DNA of 64,000 nucleotides from an uncultured Methanosarcinales archaeon (GTDB lineage Archaea; Nanobdellota; Nanobdellia; Woesearchaeales; CAYMBN01): NCBI GenBank assembly GCA_964388715.1, contig CAYMBN010000007.1, positions 1 to 64,000 of the forward strand, read 5' to 3'. Shown piece by piece: positions 32,401 to 39,113 of this stretch (position 1 is its first letter; each line of letters starts with the position of its first letter). The notes under the pieces were generated by a model. It saw only the letters and a program-made list of their open reading frames with translations, ran no database searches and was not told where the DNA came from. The position numbers and the translations under genes were made by a program.

Positions 32401-35056
32401 TGACAGAGAAATCACCCCAGAACAACTTGAAGCAATAATACAAACACGTACTACTGGAAACAAAGAGATCCTCCTACAAGCAGGATTTACTCAAGAAGAG
32501 ATTAAAGCTTTAGTAGATGATAAAGTAGTCATAGATAAAAAAAAGATTGAATCAATCATCAAAAAGTTTAAAGCTATCTCTGCAGACACATTTGTACAAT
32601 ATTTCAATAAAGCAAAAAATATTGACAAACTAATTGGTGTTGAAGATGAACTTTTAGAACAAGGGTATTTTTACAAAATACAAACAATCATATCTGAATT
32701 AAAAGATCAAGGTGCTAAAGACGAAATGATAATAAAATACATAGAAGCAATTATTGATATTAAAGCTGATAGTATTGCTGATTCTCATGACAAATGGAAA
32801 ATTATTAAGAAAGAAATTACAGCTGATTTGTTAAAAGAAACTTACTTTTATCTAATCAATAAAAATTATGATCAAGCATACAAAGAAGTAGCTGAGCTTA
32901 ATCCTGGATTAGTTGATGATATTTTAGATTCAAATTTTGATGGTGAAACAGGAATGGAAATAAAAACACATAAACAGAAAATAAACTTTTTACTAGGAAA
33001 AATAGTTGATGAAACTTTAAGAGGAAAAATCATATTAAATGGACATTTAATGCAGTTAAAAAATAAATTAGATATTTCGGGTAATAAATTTAATGAATTA
33101 TTAGAAACCATGTGGAATTATAATAATGATTATTCTAAAATTGATGATGAAATTAATAAAATTGGTTTAAATCAATATAAAAATCAGATTAAATTAGCCT
33201 TCCTTGAAGCATTAAAAGAGACTAGAATTTTAAATGATAATTTTAACTTTTATTTAAATAGAGAACATAATAAGTGGGTAAGGGAATTAATAAGGTCAAC
33301 AAAAACTAAATCAGGAACAAGTTATGCAACAGAATGGGCTGGTAAAAATCTCAATGAAAGAACTTTAATTATGATCAAAATAAAATTTGAAAATCAATTA
33401 AATGAAGAACAAGAAAGGAAACTACTGTTAGAAGGAACCCAAATCCACTTTAAAGATACATATAATATTGATTTAGAAGTTCCAATTGGTGAAGATAATA
33501 TTGAAATAGATGATCACGTTTTAAAACCTTTTACAAAAGATGAAATAAAAGAATTTTTATCTTCTGGATCACTGCAAGCCATAGATCAAAATTATTTATT
33601 TCCATTACAACAAGTATTAAAAGGAAATCAAAAAATTAAAAAAATTATTTTCCCAAAATATATTTTAAAACCAACTAATGTTGCAGGAATTCATAGTGAA
33701 AGTACTGCTACCATATACCTTAACGGTGAAGCAACAGCTAGTGATATTCTTAGTGTATTACTTCACGAAATAGGTCATGCTGTACTTGTAGAAGGAGATA
33801 ACATAATTAACATACACCAATTAACTAGATTCATAAAAGAGCAAGGTTATGATTCAATTATTCCAAACGAAGGGATTACAAGATACAACAAAGAAACAAT
33901 CCTCCTAAAATTAATGGACAAAATATATCAAAATAGAATAAATCAAATTGTAACAAGAGATCAAGATGGAAATATTGCTAATATTGACCATATAAAAGCA
34001 TTTAGTTTATTTCCAACAAGATATTCATACATTAATAAGGTAAGTGAAACAATACATGATAATCCTAAAGAATTTTTTGCTGAATACTATTACACTTATT
34101 TTTTAAATCAGAATATAGCAAAAGAAGAGTATCCAACAATGTATTCTCTTTTCAAGAATGTACTTAATTTAGAAGCAATTACTAATAAAAAAATAAATGA
34201 ACTAAAAGAACAAATACTAACAGAATACGCTAAAGAAGTTTTAAATGATGTTAAATTAAAGGCAGAACCACAACTTGTAGAATATGTTAAAAGAATAATT
34301 AATTACAAAGACTTACATGAGCATGTAACTAATATAAGAAGAATTGCAAGACCAATTATCCAAGAACTTAAAAAAGATCCAGACTTTGCTTCAATTGATG
34401 AAGTTGTCTTTGAACAAGCTGCTTTATTACATGACCTAGGAAAAGTCATTAATCCACACATTCAAAAAGTATTTGAAATCCCACAAAAACTTCCAGATGG
34501 ATTAAATGTTTATGTAAATACTGTTGAAGAAATTATTAAAGCAGTGTACCCAAATTCTGCTACTGAAATCTTAGAAGGATTAAAAAATTCAGTAAAATTA
34601 AAAGCATATGCTCAAGGTCTTGGAAAAGAACCACTCCAACTCACTGCAAGAGAAGTTTTTGAGTTTCATGCAAAAGAATCAGAAAGTGAACTAGAAAAAA
34701 TAGTTGATGATCAAAAAGTCGCAAAGATTGCAGGTGCACACCATAGATTCCATTATCAAGGAGGTTATCCTAAAAGTGCTGTTCAATCACCTGGAACACC
34801 AACAGATATGGTTCTAAGTGTAATTGACATTTACGAAGCACATAGAACAAGAAAAAGTGAGGGTAAACCAAATCCTACACATGAAACAGGAGTACAATTA
34901 CTAGAAAGTACATTAAGTGATTGGGAAATTAACACAGTAGAAAAAAAAGGAGCAGACCCAGAGCAAGTTAAAAAAGACAAACCAATCTATGCAAAAATAA
35001 TTAATGCTTTATCTAAAAATAAAGAACCAATAGATAAAATATTCGCAGAAACATAA
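23441..35056 (+). CDS. 3871-aa signal-peptide-bearing multi-enzyme (polyvalent effector/toxin-like) protein
   Basis: Signal peptide MRQISKKLIAVLMILCILSPSILA, followed by recognisable TIM-barrel, lyase, kinase, ART-like, zincin and HD-GYP motifs (see the domain features). Confidence 0.85.
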   Translation: MRQISKKLIAVLMILCILSPSILAQKVKLKCGNSVPFIRQTVEEQAQEQDIIGLDNHLMQEIAHMLDSGATREEVLDTLIDLGIQSEQAQNLLENLRGMQHQVVQDSAKKIATEKGTKITQSQIDDVFNLAQYDTNIADLLSSDNPSVAEHLEKMARLSLKPEYVKQYAEEQAKWLKDYKENGYRDFRKKLIKAKTESQDKKHSAVSEFFMKKGWTLEAFVLVAIQSGARGIEISANDGVFFRNDDGVIIEFLPNKVDYNHEYTKNRLSAIREAISGVFGDTGFEITIHDNVLAPEKGGEESIKLAHKISARSVLFHVEIREGYYNKYGAESVAEVPAKMAELVVKNAVRNSESTHKVIITFENNPGLTAAEQIRILNEIKRIAELELQQRGWDANKINQNLLIETTTDLSHYEVQDTNEDALSQLLYLLENTGDIKIGEMHLANLDGPGIKEQPFSFSDDDHKRISDPLGVIDNKVAVAMVKAKAIDRIKQRIGIDINTPLTPQQKQAVENALRQEGLTHLLIEEDHETNQADIDTVNYKNYETEGFEVIRARGEQILKQNPDPLIDSNDRMLQFMAGVHGNQESVIDYITKKQIAEIIAQHKGKGKVTELITPELLKLPIELRKKAIKKLGDILERINNHFEERQFTLANQADFLRLLEDEIINLKLGFIQEEVEFNQGDYLQLTSSEEIESAYKNGYMLVSRGENGVITFVRAQSSSDDISRFGKKTSDPVLIRINPQYVQQQTSELTITKNIPKQLIEFFDMKDKTWKPISEMYGKRDFAGIEQDFKDKKIKQRYDEVAEKSDYKEEMEAIKGELTDRELEEGQAMKEALFIEARLSSLSPSQKKNFNKHYRDALYSAHSKASAILYAIKKADPLTSNEKQYDFVNRFIDKIKQQKNDRIKAIKEMDLFDLFGEYSLLSEEKQKIVDKLIQAQGVDLEDTTGKAYEKALGKALQLYTMFRYLSSNQKKFFNQVLPMYHSNTNLFIAFVNTLKEAINANFADENEILDQIFNLLQPERKKGDVIDNLEKLNKAIQEYYNKDYVAGGGFVESPHSKGDYDKHLVKLHVSMDARTNPHVILKIIQALERKGAKFKFVNPKDLAFKMAGYTDEQIQQLKKTKNPFEEIPVRDETQIQNNNLIDGFNVIKMFTIYPSDAKTALEIAETIAQILDNIGMFDNNAKIAKSDTRLLGPISVRSDILKREYQPGESIRIPSKKQLEEFFDWFDQFKEQQTMPAPLLMGHQQVRQKAEELGIDTDPVVLRMLLDDSFDIETYDNFYNEIAKKYPQILKGKEIGIWNNNRMEIWRIIDVLDNGETFKLSQEPFLTQTLTKQDLLDAIQRAEFEKQKPKQGETIQTWDQNTRKIEDWKVIKLEDDKIILQNINNQQLIVSMSYPELIQGMEKAEEMKTRVYFEQGFAKIGLTPQLAASTHIIFSTHKSKEFIEEKINQGGQNAKYGAQFASNKFFDVALRDAIVELLENQELDEDEIKRLNEVLSKLDDELTMLTKLLSDYVSESTLLAPDAKGGEGAVHQLDNLEQAFKQKIQTLTGVPVEDLAVKVMDYGSDTRLYDQREPGEKLILERNVHSNNIVEVYALAQMPDIKTRVVLMEKVKGPTLEQIIKKTKPGEKVIIDGKELTLTELVRQVHEQIGVNALETIFEQKLIYPDMKPANIMIEIEDGKIVAKLIDLTAMLDISQGKVGPPYMFDPYYQSPQQARSDTIDQRSQVFSLAASLYESLTGQRMSSEIIKIKRGVDITQLRAKLNRIKARKNELDQKLKAGQALTPEEIKELQETSKERNEIRMFLIKTFREVTKDLAFSDIEQIINSKKQGMSQEDQELLDIIKDLFAFGGIYQGTIEEKVAVLEQEGRIQIDRNTALTEIEDMIEARTEVNDDIVDEKTLLANEEAIEASVEQTYKEKGIQHNVQDTRSKTNCGSSSIGCGLGNKPKIPRRTQRQAAITAAEETKDVTPIQVEDSLKIRRYIDDLGPIDALLEEVFPRKVKLYIPVLVEDFPDIRTTTRVNGRIKYSTTGLLEYPTENVGKHVGQDYKDIDEARQDAIGKVKTKDTDKIKEELADMIAYRKAVEQNFMIAFSSEKAAKKYLLENHQQKDENGNIKRVLGYLIEVEVKRKDVIIGSYSANGKRKKNLFIPGGIKQSEAHGELAGVRRPKKPKIDQHTKVTESVKNILKNMYGIARGTSVGKLEDAIKALKDLKKLTKDEVLIQTINDNIENIKIINLIAHNYKERGYLIEKLVGKDVLKPDGKLEIIRRRFGSKVTENLLIVLQRNVNKWEITLSDLIKLVDEMQLNMKYKEGATDVEIENQIEYYLDYIVIKEIPMIEDVKNNDLQVSKFLIERGVPLHTLGIYERKELIKYIQTIGIDRKLAEHVNQVRRMIRRVVRFLKQGNYEKYGHLDERALDRAVIILETDDLTFIPNELTEVITQGRQRWSSNIITELSRTIRERQGQQNFDFGVRKHTIANEILNIINAEVAIASQKAISDLDAIQSIANRVASKTTEELQKIGLTPELLRDSLNAIRELYNKQEDEKAYIEENAPKEAYKLFNNPDINNEVKIKHLEKLLAMVEEPATKRYIDALVKNLKLIQGVEKNQKQEMKDEMECNSPCKRGSGYIIKTLKDKFGQEKGEKIFKIAMKVLRAHGKGYLSVAEMLELFRKRIPNDEFIGELTTDYAIQTAIENHIERILLPNMDISRNMNVEYDLSKRYSTSLITQGYKVPLTQVTAKKLSQKYYDRYGVELKRIWYRGVAEDSSWSVPEENGRIRKSTSDAIRSPEAALGYPYHLGAHQSQALLIIDLDKIPQENIRAVDNDPRLGPNHIRIDAELPKGSYYTVKASDLFYKKGERIQGVTLNFDEKLGQGLHHLLYSDSEFNEEEMKKKTIPETMRDDLELRGWMEYDYDIEEDIIYVLHDGKKYGFYGFIDGGVQYWYKFEHGKFIDAILIEDKKDTEFLEQLFEERPLTSQAQLALAKRNIDREITPEQLEAIIQTRTTGNKEILLQAGFTQEEIKALVDDKVVIDKKKIESIIKKFKAISADTFVQYFNKAKNIDKLIGVEDELLEQGYFYKIQTIISELKDQGAKDEMIIKYIEAIIDIKADSIADSHDKWKIIKKEITADLLKETYFYLINKNYDQAYKEVAELNPGLVDDILDSNFDGETGMEIKTHKQKINFLLGKIVDETLRGKIILNGHLMQLKNKLDISGNKFNELLETMWNYNNDYSKIDDEINKIGLNQYKNQIKLAFLEALKETRILNDNFNFYLNREHNKWVRELIRSTKTKSGTSYATEWAGKNLNERTLIMIKIKFENQLNEEQERKLLLEGTQIHFKDTYNIDLEVPIGEDNIEIDDHVLKPFTKDEIKEFLSSGSLQAIDQNYLFPLQQVLKGNQKIKKIIFPKYILKPTNVAGIHSESTATIYLNGEATASDILSVLLHEIGHAVLVEGDNIINIHQLTRFIKEQGYDSIIPNEGITRYNKETILLKLMDKIYQNRINQIVTRDQDGNIANIDHIKAFSLFPTRYSYINKVSETIHDNPKEFFAEYYYTYFLNQNIAKEEYPTMYSLFKNVLNLEAITNKKINELKEQILTEYAKEVLNDVKLKAEPQLVEYVKRIINYKDLHEHVTNIRRIARPIIQELKKDPDFASIDEVVFEQAALLHDLGKVINPHIQKVFEIPQKLPDGLNVYVNTVEEIIKAVYPNSATEILEGLKNSVKLKAYAQGLGKEPLQLTAREVFEFHAKESESELEKIVDDQKVAKIAGAHHRFHYQGGYPKSAVQSPGTPTDMVLSVIDIYEAHRTRKSEGKPNPTHETGVQLLESTLSDWEINTVEKKGADPEQVKKDKPIYAKIINALSKNKEPIDKIFAET
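24040..25030 (+). other. Domain: xylose-isomerase/AP-endonuclease-2-like metal-binding TIM barrel
   Basis: Ordered motifs GARGIEI, ITIHD, VLFHV, ITFENNP, TTDLSH, EMHLAN, DDHK and LLIEE match the family's metal ligands. Confidence 0.75.
26580..27060 (+). other. Domain: LanKC/RamC N-terminal (OspF/SpvC-like) phosphoSer/Thr lyase
   Basis: KLHVS...KFKFV...KMFTIYP...SDTRL...SVRS matches the K-x-H-V-S / F-K / K-x-x-T-I-Y-P / S-D-x-R / V-R pattern of class III/IV lanthipeptide lyase domains. Confidence 0.75.
27995..28665 (+). other. Domain: Hanks-type Ser/Thr protein kinase
   Basis: KGGEGAVH (Gly loop), LAVKV, NIVEVY, LMEKVKG, YPDMKPANIMI (catalytic loop), KLIDL, YQSPQQ, SQVFSLAASLYESLTG. Confidence 0.9.
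31700..31985 (+). other. Domain: ADP-ribosyltransferase-like fold
   Basis: IWYRG...KSTS...AALGY...LLIIDL...NHIRIDAELP shows the R and STS motifs of toxin ARTs. The final acidic catalytic residue is not evident. Confidence 0.5.
33660..34170 (+). other. Domain: zincin metallopeptidase (lethal-factor/toxin MPTase-like)
   Basis: AGIH...IYLN...LLHEIGHAV (33764), then SY...NPKEFFAE...YPTMYSLF. Confidence 0.8.
34300..34920 (+). other. Domain: HD-GYP-like phosphohydrolase
   Basis: HEHV...AALLHDLGK...FHAKES...AHHRFHYQGGYP...VIDIYEAHRTRK. Confidence 0.8.
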
Positions 35057-35059
35057 TTA

Positions 35060-35743
35060 TTACATTCTAGGATCTAAAAAATGATCACTATGTGCATATT
35101 GAGAAAATTCTTTTGGTGATAAAAGATATAATGCATGTTCTGCAGCATGTTTAACCAAACTTGAAAATCTATTTTTAGTAGTAACTTCATGAATCTTTTT
35201 TCTAATTTCTTCACCTTCTAATTCTTCATATGCAGATGAAACTTCTTTATGAACTTGATCAGCTCTTTCAACTATACCTTTTAAAAAATCATATACTGTA
35301 TCAGAATGATATTGCAATTTTGCTAAAGATAATACTGCTATCATTGCTACTTCTTCAGCATTTCTATCACTTAAATCAACACTATTTACAGTACTAATTA
35401 AAGTAGGAACTATCTGTTCATCCAATGTTTTTATTCTCTGAACATCTGATTCATAAAGCTTTGAATCACTATAATTACTTAATGCTGAAACACAAGCTAA
35501 TTTTACCCAATTACTGTCTTCAGTATTTATAGAATCAATTAAAGCAGGAACTATTTGACCAGTAATCACACTAGAACTTTGACTTGTTGATTCATAAAGT
35601 GCTTGATTTCCATAATTACCAAGAGCCATTGCATAATTTCTACGATTACTATGGTTTGGATCATTCTTAAGTCCATCTAGTAAAGTATCTAAATTATCCA
35701 AAGAAACATTATTTTCAACCAAATTTTCACTAATATTATCCAT
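35060..35743 (-). CDS. HEAT-repeat protein
   Basis: RRNYAMALGN, IVPALI...VKLACVSAL, IVPTLI...AVLSLAKL, VKHAAEHAL. TCACC RBS and TATA upstream. Confidence 0.75.
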   Translation of the reverse strand: MDNISENLVENNVSLDNLDTLLDGLKNDPNHSNRRNYAMALGNYGNQALYESTSQSSSVITGQIVPALIDSINTEDSNWVKLACVSALSNYSDSKLYESDVQRIKTLDEQIVPTLISTVNSVDLSDRNAEEVAMIAVLSLAKLQYHSDTVYDFLKGIVERADQVHKEVSSAYEELEGEEIRKKIHEVTTKNRFSSLVKHAAEHALYLLSPKEFSQYAHSDHFLDPRM

Positions 35744-35904
35744 AATTTTTCACCTTTGTTAAACTCTCAAAAAATATAACATTACTACCCATAAGAAGTA
35801 AATGACTATTTAAATCTTTCGGTTTTAAAGCTAATTTTGGCTAAAACACCCAAATTCAGGCATCTCAACCCTCACTAGTGTTACCACTAATAAGTCACTA
35901 AAAA

Positions 35905-35920
35905 CAAAAGATTTATAAAG
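35905..35920 (+). promoter_or_regulatory. Archaeal BRE/TATA promoter for the near-leaderless gene at 35944
   Basis: CAAAAG-ATTTATAAAG about 30 nt upstream of the ATG. Confidence 0.55.
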
Positions 35921-35943
35921 GAGAAGTGTTTTAATAACATAAA

Positions 35944-36663
35944 ATGCCTAATACAACCAAAGAACAAGCAAAAAACCTTGAAAATGTAGTTGATCAAGGC
36001 ACTGGTACAAATATCTGGGGAAAAGACTTTAATTGGTATGTTGTTGATACTGATAAACATATTTCAAGTGATGATTGTATTCTAAATATTAACCCTTTAA
36101 GAAAACTATTTGAAGAATTTTATTCAAAAAGACTTTCTATTAGCGCAACACCAGAAAAATTTTCTGATTATGTAAAAACAGCTGGAGGAATCGCAGACCC
36201 TGAAAAACATTATTATAAATGGTTTGAATACAATATGTTAAATAGATTCATAAACCATACCCTACAAGAACTAAGAGATCAAGGAATACAAAATCCAAAT
36301 CAAGATGACTTTGTAAACAAAGCTGTTGAAGATTTCAAAGATTCTTGGTTATATTTTAAATCTGTTTATATTGAAAGCCCTATTGATGACCAAGGTACAG
36401 ATGAAGTAGCATACCTAAACCAACTAGCAAACAAACCTAGTTTTTTACCATTTTATTTAATGGTACATAATAAAGATGGCCAAGATTTAGGACCACATTT
36501 TACATTAGAAAGATTTAGAGTAAATGGTTATACTTCAGATAGATTAATAGAAGCTCCTTTAGAAGAAATAAAACAAGTTGCCCAAAAGGCATTTGAAAAA
36601 TTAATAGATTTAATAAAAACAGAAAAAGCTTATCAAGGAAAAATCTATCAACAAAAATTCTAA
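35944..36663 (+). CDS. Hypothetical protein
   Basis: 239-aa ORF with a promoter and genome-typical codon use. Confidence 0.7.
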   Translation: MPNTTKEQAKNLENVVDQGTGTNIWGKDFNWYVVDTDKHISSDDCILNINPLRKLFEEFYSKRLSISATPEKFSDYVKTAGGIADPEKHYYKWFEYNMLNRFINHTLQELRDQGIQNPNQDDFVNKAVEDFKDSWLYFKSVYIESPIDDQGTDEVAYLNQLANKPSFLPFYLMVHNKDGQDLGPHFTLERFRVNGYTSDRLIEAPLEEIKQVAQKAFEKLIDLIKTEKAYQGKIYQQKF

Positions 36664-37049
36664 CCAATTAAAACCCATAAATTACCTTGTTTTCTCAATT
36701 TTGTAAAAACCCTTGCCAATTCTTCTCCTTTTTCTTGTGATAACCCTTTTACAATAAGTTTTCCATTTTCCTTTACAACATCATAAACAGTTGGAATAAT
36801 AGTCCTAATAATGGAATCATATTGAATTTTTCCATACATACTATCTCTTGTTTTTCCTGCATCTAAAGTCACAACATCATCTGGATGGATATTATGATTA
36901 TCTGAAAGTTCTTTTTCAATAAGATGCAATAGTTTTTGTCCTGAAGCATCATCACCTGGAAAACCCAAAACATCTATCTTAAGCTTTTTCTTTTCCCTAG
37001 AACATTTAATATAAGGATCAACCTCTGTTTTTAACAATTTATATGTCAT
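36660..37049 (-). CDS. Hypothetical protein (paralogue of 37118..37513)
   Basis: Shares G-D...G-Q...V-Y-[DE]-[VI]-V-K-x-x-G-[KR]-L-x-V-K with its neighbour. Confidence 0.7.
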   Translation of the reverse strand: MTYKLLKTEVDPYIKCSREKKKLKIDVLGFPGDDASGQKLLHLIEKELSDNHNIHPDDVVTLDAGKTRDSMYGKIQYDSIIRTIIPTVYDVVKENGKLIVKGLSQEKGEELARVFTKLRKQGNLWVLIG

Positions 37050-37117
37050 AATAAAAAAAAAGAATAAAATATATTTAAATGTTCTGAATATTATTATATT
37101 AATAAAAATAGAATTAA

Positions 37118-37513
37118 TTAATCATAACCAACTGTAACATTCTCTTGCATTAAAACAGGAGCTAAAACACTTTCAATTCTATCCTTTTTATCAAAAGGAA
37201 TTCTTTTCACATCAAGCCTTCCAAAATGTTTAACAATTTCATAAACTTGTCTAACAGTACTCTCAAGAATTCCATCATTAACAATCACTGCATTTATTGT
37301 AACCTTATTATTAACACCAATATTATTCTGTATAAAATCCATCAACTTCATATAAACAGCTTGCCCTTCAGCAGGATCAGAAGCATCACCAACAAAATTA
37401 ATTATAACATTCCTCTTATCATTTTCGTTAACACCATATCCACCCCTATAAATATTAACATATCCATCAAGTCCTGTTTCAAGTTTTTGAGGTATCATAA
37501 TAAAAAAGAACAA
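37118..37513 (-). CDS. Hypothetical protein (paralogue of 36660..37049); the true start is probably the Met at 37498
   Basis: Shared motif with its neighbour. TTTAAATA box about 25 nt above the second Met. Confidence 0.7.
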   Translation of the reverse strand: MFFFIMIPQKLETGLDGYVNIYRGGYGVNENDKRNVIINFVGDASDPAEGQAVYMKLMDFIQNNIGVNNKVTINAVIVNDGILESTVRQVYEIVKHFGRLDVKRIPFDKKDRIESVLAPVLMQENVTVGYD

Positions 37514-37555
37514 ACAATACTATTTAAATCTTTCGCTCCAATTAAGTAGTAACAA

Positions 37556-37960
37556 TCAATGACTTAATGCATTCAAATCTTTTTCAATTATCTGCGCTTG
37601 CACAGCCAAGTTCTGCAAATCCTTCATAAGATCTTTCTGCACTTTCTTAATCTCCTTAAACTGATTATCAATCAACTTTTTAGTGTCTGGAATAGATTTT
37701 TCCACCGCAGTATTACTTCCAACATTAAGTATTAACTTTTTATTATCCTTTAACTCAGCTTTTGTAAATATCCCATTACTAACAGGTACAAGTATCTCAC
37801 TACCCACATTAGTCTTTTCAAGATCATCCATTGCTTGCCTTGTTACAGCAAGATCAACTAACTGTTTTTCAATGACCTGTACTTGCTGTTGTATCTGTTT
37901 CATTTGTTGGTCAATCATCTGATATTGCATATATTTATTTTGTAATTCTTCTTTTGACAT
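37556..37960 (-). CDS. pfdA: Prefoldin alpha subunit
   Basis: EILVPVSNGIFTKAEL...LILNVGSNTAVEKS beta-hairpins between two coiled coils. Confidence 0.92.
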   Translation of the reverse strand: MSKEELQNKYMQYQMIDQQMKQIQQQVQVIEKQLVDLAVTRQAMDDLEKTNVGSEILVPVSNGIFTKAELKDNKKLILNVGSNTAVEKSIPDTKKLIDNQFKEIKKVQKDLMKDLQNLAVQAQIIEKDLNALSH

Positions 37961-37962
37961 TA

Positions 37963-38127
37963 TTATCCCTCAATCTTATCTAAAATAGTTTTTAACATTT
38001 CCTCATAATTTACCTCAGCATTAAGCATTGGTATATTAGGCCTAAAATCGTCCTTTTCTTCCTTTAATTTCTCAAGTTCTTGCATAACAAGAAACTTGAT
38101 CACCTGTTTTTCATCTTTATCATACAT
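37963..38127 (-). CDS. Small 54-aa protein not in the ORF track
   Basis: MYDKDEKQVIKFLVMQELEKLKEEKDDFRPNIPMLNAEVNYEEMLKTILDKIEG. AGGTGA RBS. Exactly fills the prs-pfdA gap. Confidence 0.75.
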   Translation of the reverse strand: MYDKDEKQVIKFLVMQELEKLKEEKDDFRPNIPMLNAEVNYEEMLKTILDKIEG

Positions 38128-38136
38128 ATTTATCAC

Positions 38137-39066
38137 CTACTCAATTATATCATCAACAGCTTTGTTTTCATGTATACATTTAATTGCAGCACTAATCAAA
38201 CCAGCTAAAGATAATTGTTTTAGTTTATTAAACTTTTTATCATCTGTCAACATAATACTATTTGTAACAACAACTTCATCTGCTTTACATTCTTTTAACC
38301 TACCAACAGCAGGCCCTGAAAAAACAGCATGAGTCGCACATATTATTGCACTTTTTGCACCTTTCTCAATAAGTGCATTAACTCCAGCAGTGATAGTTCC
38401 ACCAGTATCAATCATATCATCAATCACAACAGCATTTTTGCCTTCTATATCACCAATAATATGCATAACTTCAGCAACATTCTGCTCAGGCCGTCTTTTA
38501 TCAATAATTGCAAGAGGTAAATTCAATAATTTCGCTAACCTTCTTACTTTCTTAACACTACCAGCATCAGGTGCAACAACAACATCAACATTCTTCATTT
38601 TCAAATATTCAGTAAACAAAGATAAACTTGTCAAATGATCATGAGGTATATCAAAAAAACCTTGGATCTGATCACTATGTAAATCAACTGTAAGCACTCT
38701 ATCAGCACCTGCTTTTGTAACAAGGTCAGCAACAAGCTTTGCAGTGATTGGTTCACGCTCAGAAGCCTTTCTATCCTGCCTTGCATAACCATAATAAGGC
38801 ATCACAACAGTAATTCTACCTGCTGATGCTCTCTTTAAAGCATCCATCATAACCAATAATTCCATCAAATGTTCATTAACAGGTCCACTTGTTGACTGTA
38901 CAATAAAGATATCATCCCCACGTATTGGTTCTTCTATCTTAACAAATATTTCACCATCAGCAAACCGTTTAATTAAAGACTTTGATACAGGCACTCCTAA
39001 CTTAACAGCAACTTCATCTCCTAACTGCCTGTTAGAACTTCCACAAAATACCTTTAAACTCCCCAT
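38137..39066 (-). CDS. prs: Ribose-phosphate pyrophosphokinase
   Basis: FADGEI, PYYGYARQDRK, VDLHSDQIQGFF, VVIDDMIDTGGT. Confidence 0.97.
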   Translation of the reverse strand: MGSLKVFCGSSNRQLGDEVAVKLGVPVSKSLIKRFADGEIFVKIEEPIRGDDIFIVQSTSGPVNEHLMELLVMMDALKRASAGRITVVMPYYGYARQDRKASEREPITAKLVADLVTKAGADRVLTVDLHSDQIQGFFDIPHDHLTSLSLFTEYLKMKNVDVVVAPDAGSVKKVRRLAKLLNLPLAIIDKRRPEQNVAEVMHIIGDIEGKNAVVIDDMIDTGGTITAGVNALIEKGAKSAIICATHAVFSGPAVGRLKECKADEVVVTNSIMLTDDKKFNKLKQLSLAGLISAAIKCIHENKAVDDIIE

Positions 39067-39113
39067 ACCAGCCTTAAAAATAGCATACTTTATTTAAATT
39101 TAATGGAAATCAG

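Noticed and set aside
410..35000. Many antisense and off-frame ORFs of 60-260 aa within the giant genes
   Set aside because: They are shadows of biased codon usage (Ser/Leu/Phe-rich) with no motifs or promoters.
16806..35056. One gene broken by a frameshift at 23441
   Set aside because: The downstream ORF starts with its own signal peptide at a standard ATGA overlap, as at the other junctions in the cluster.
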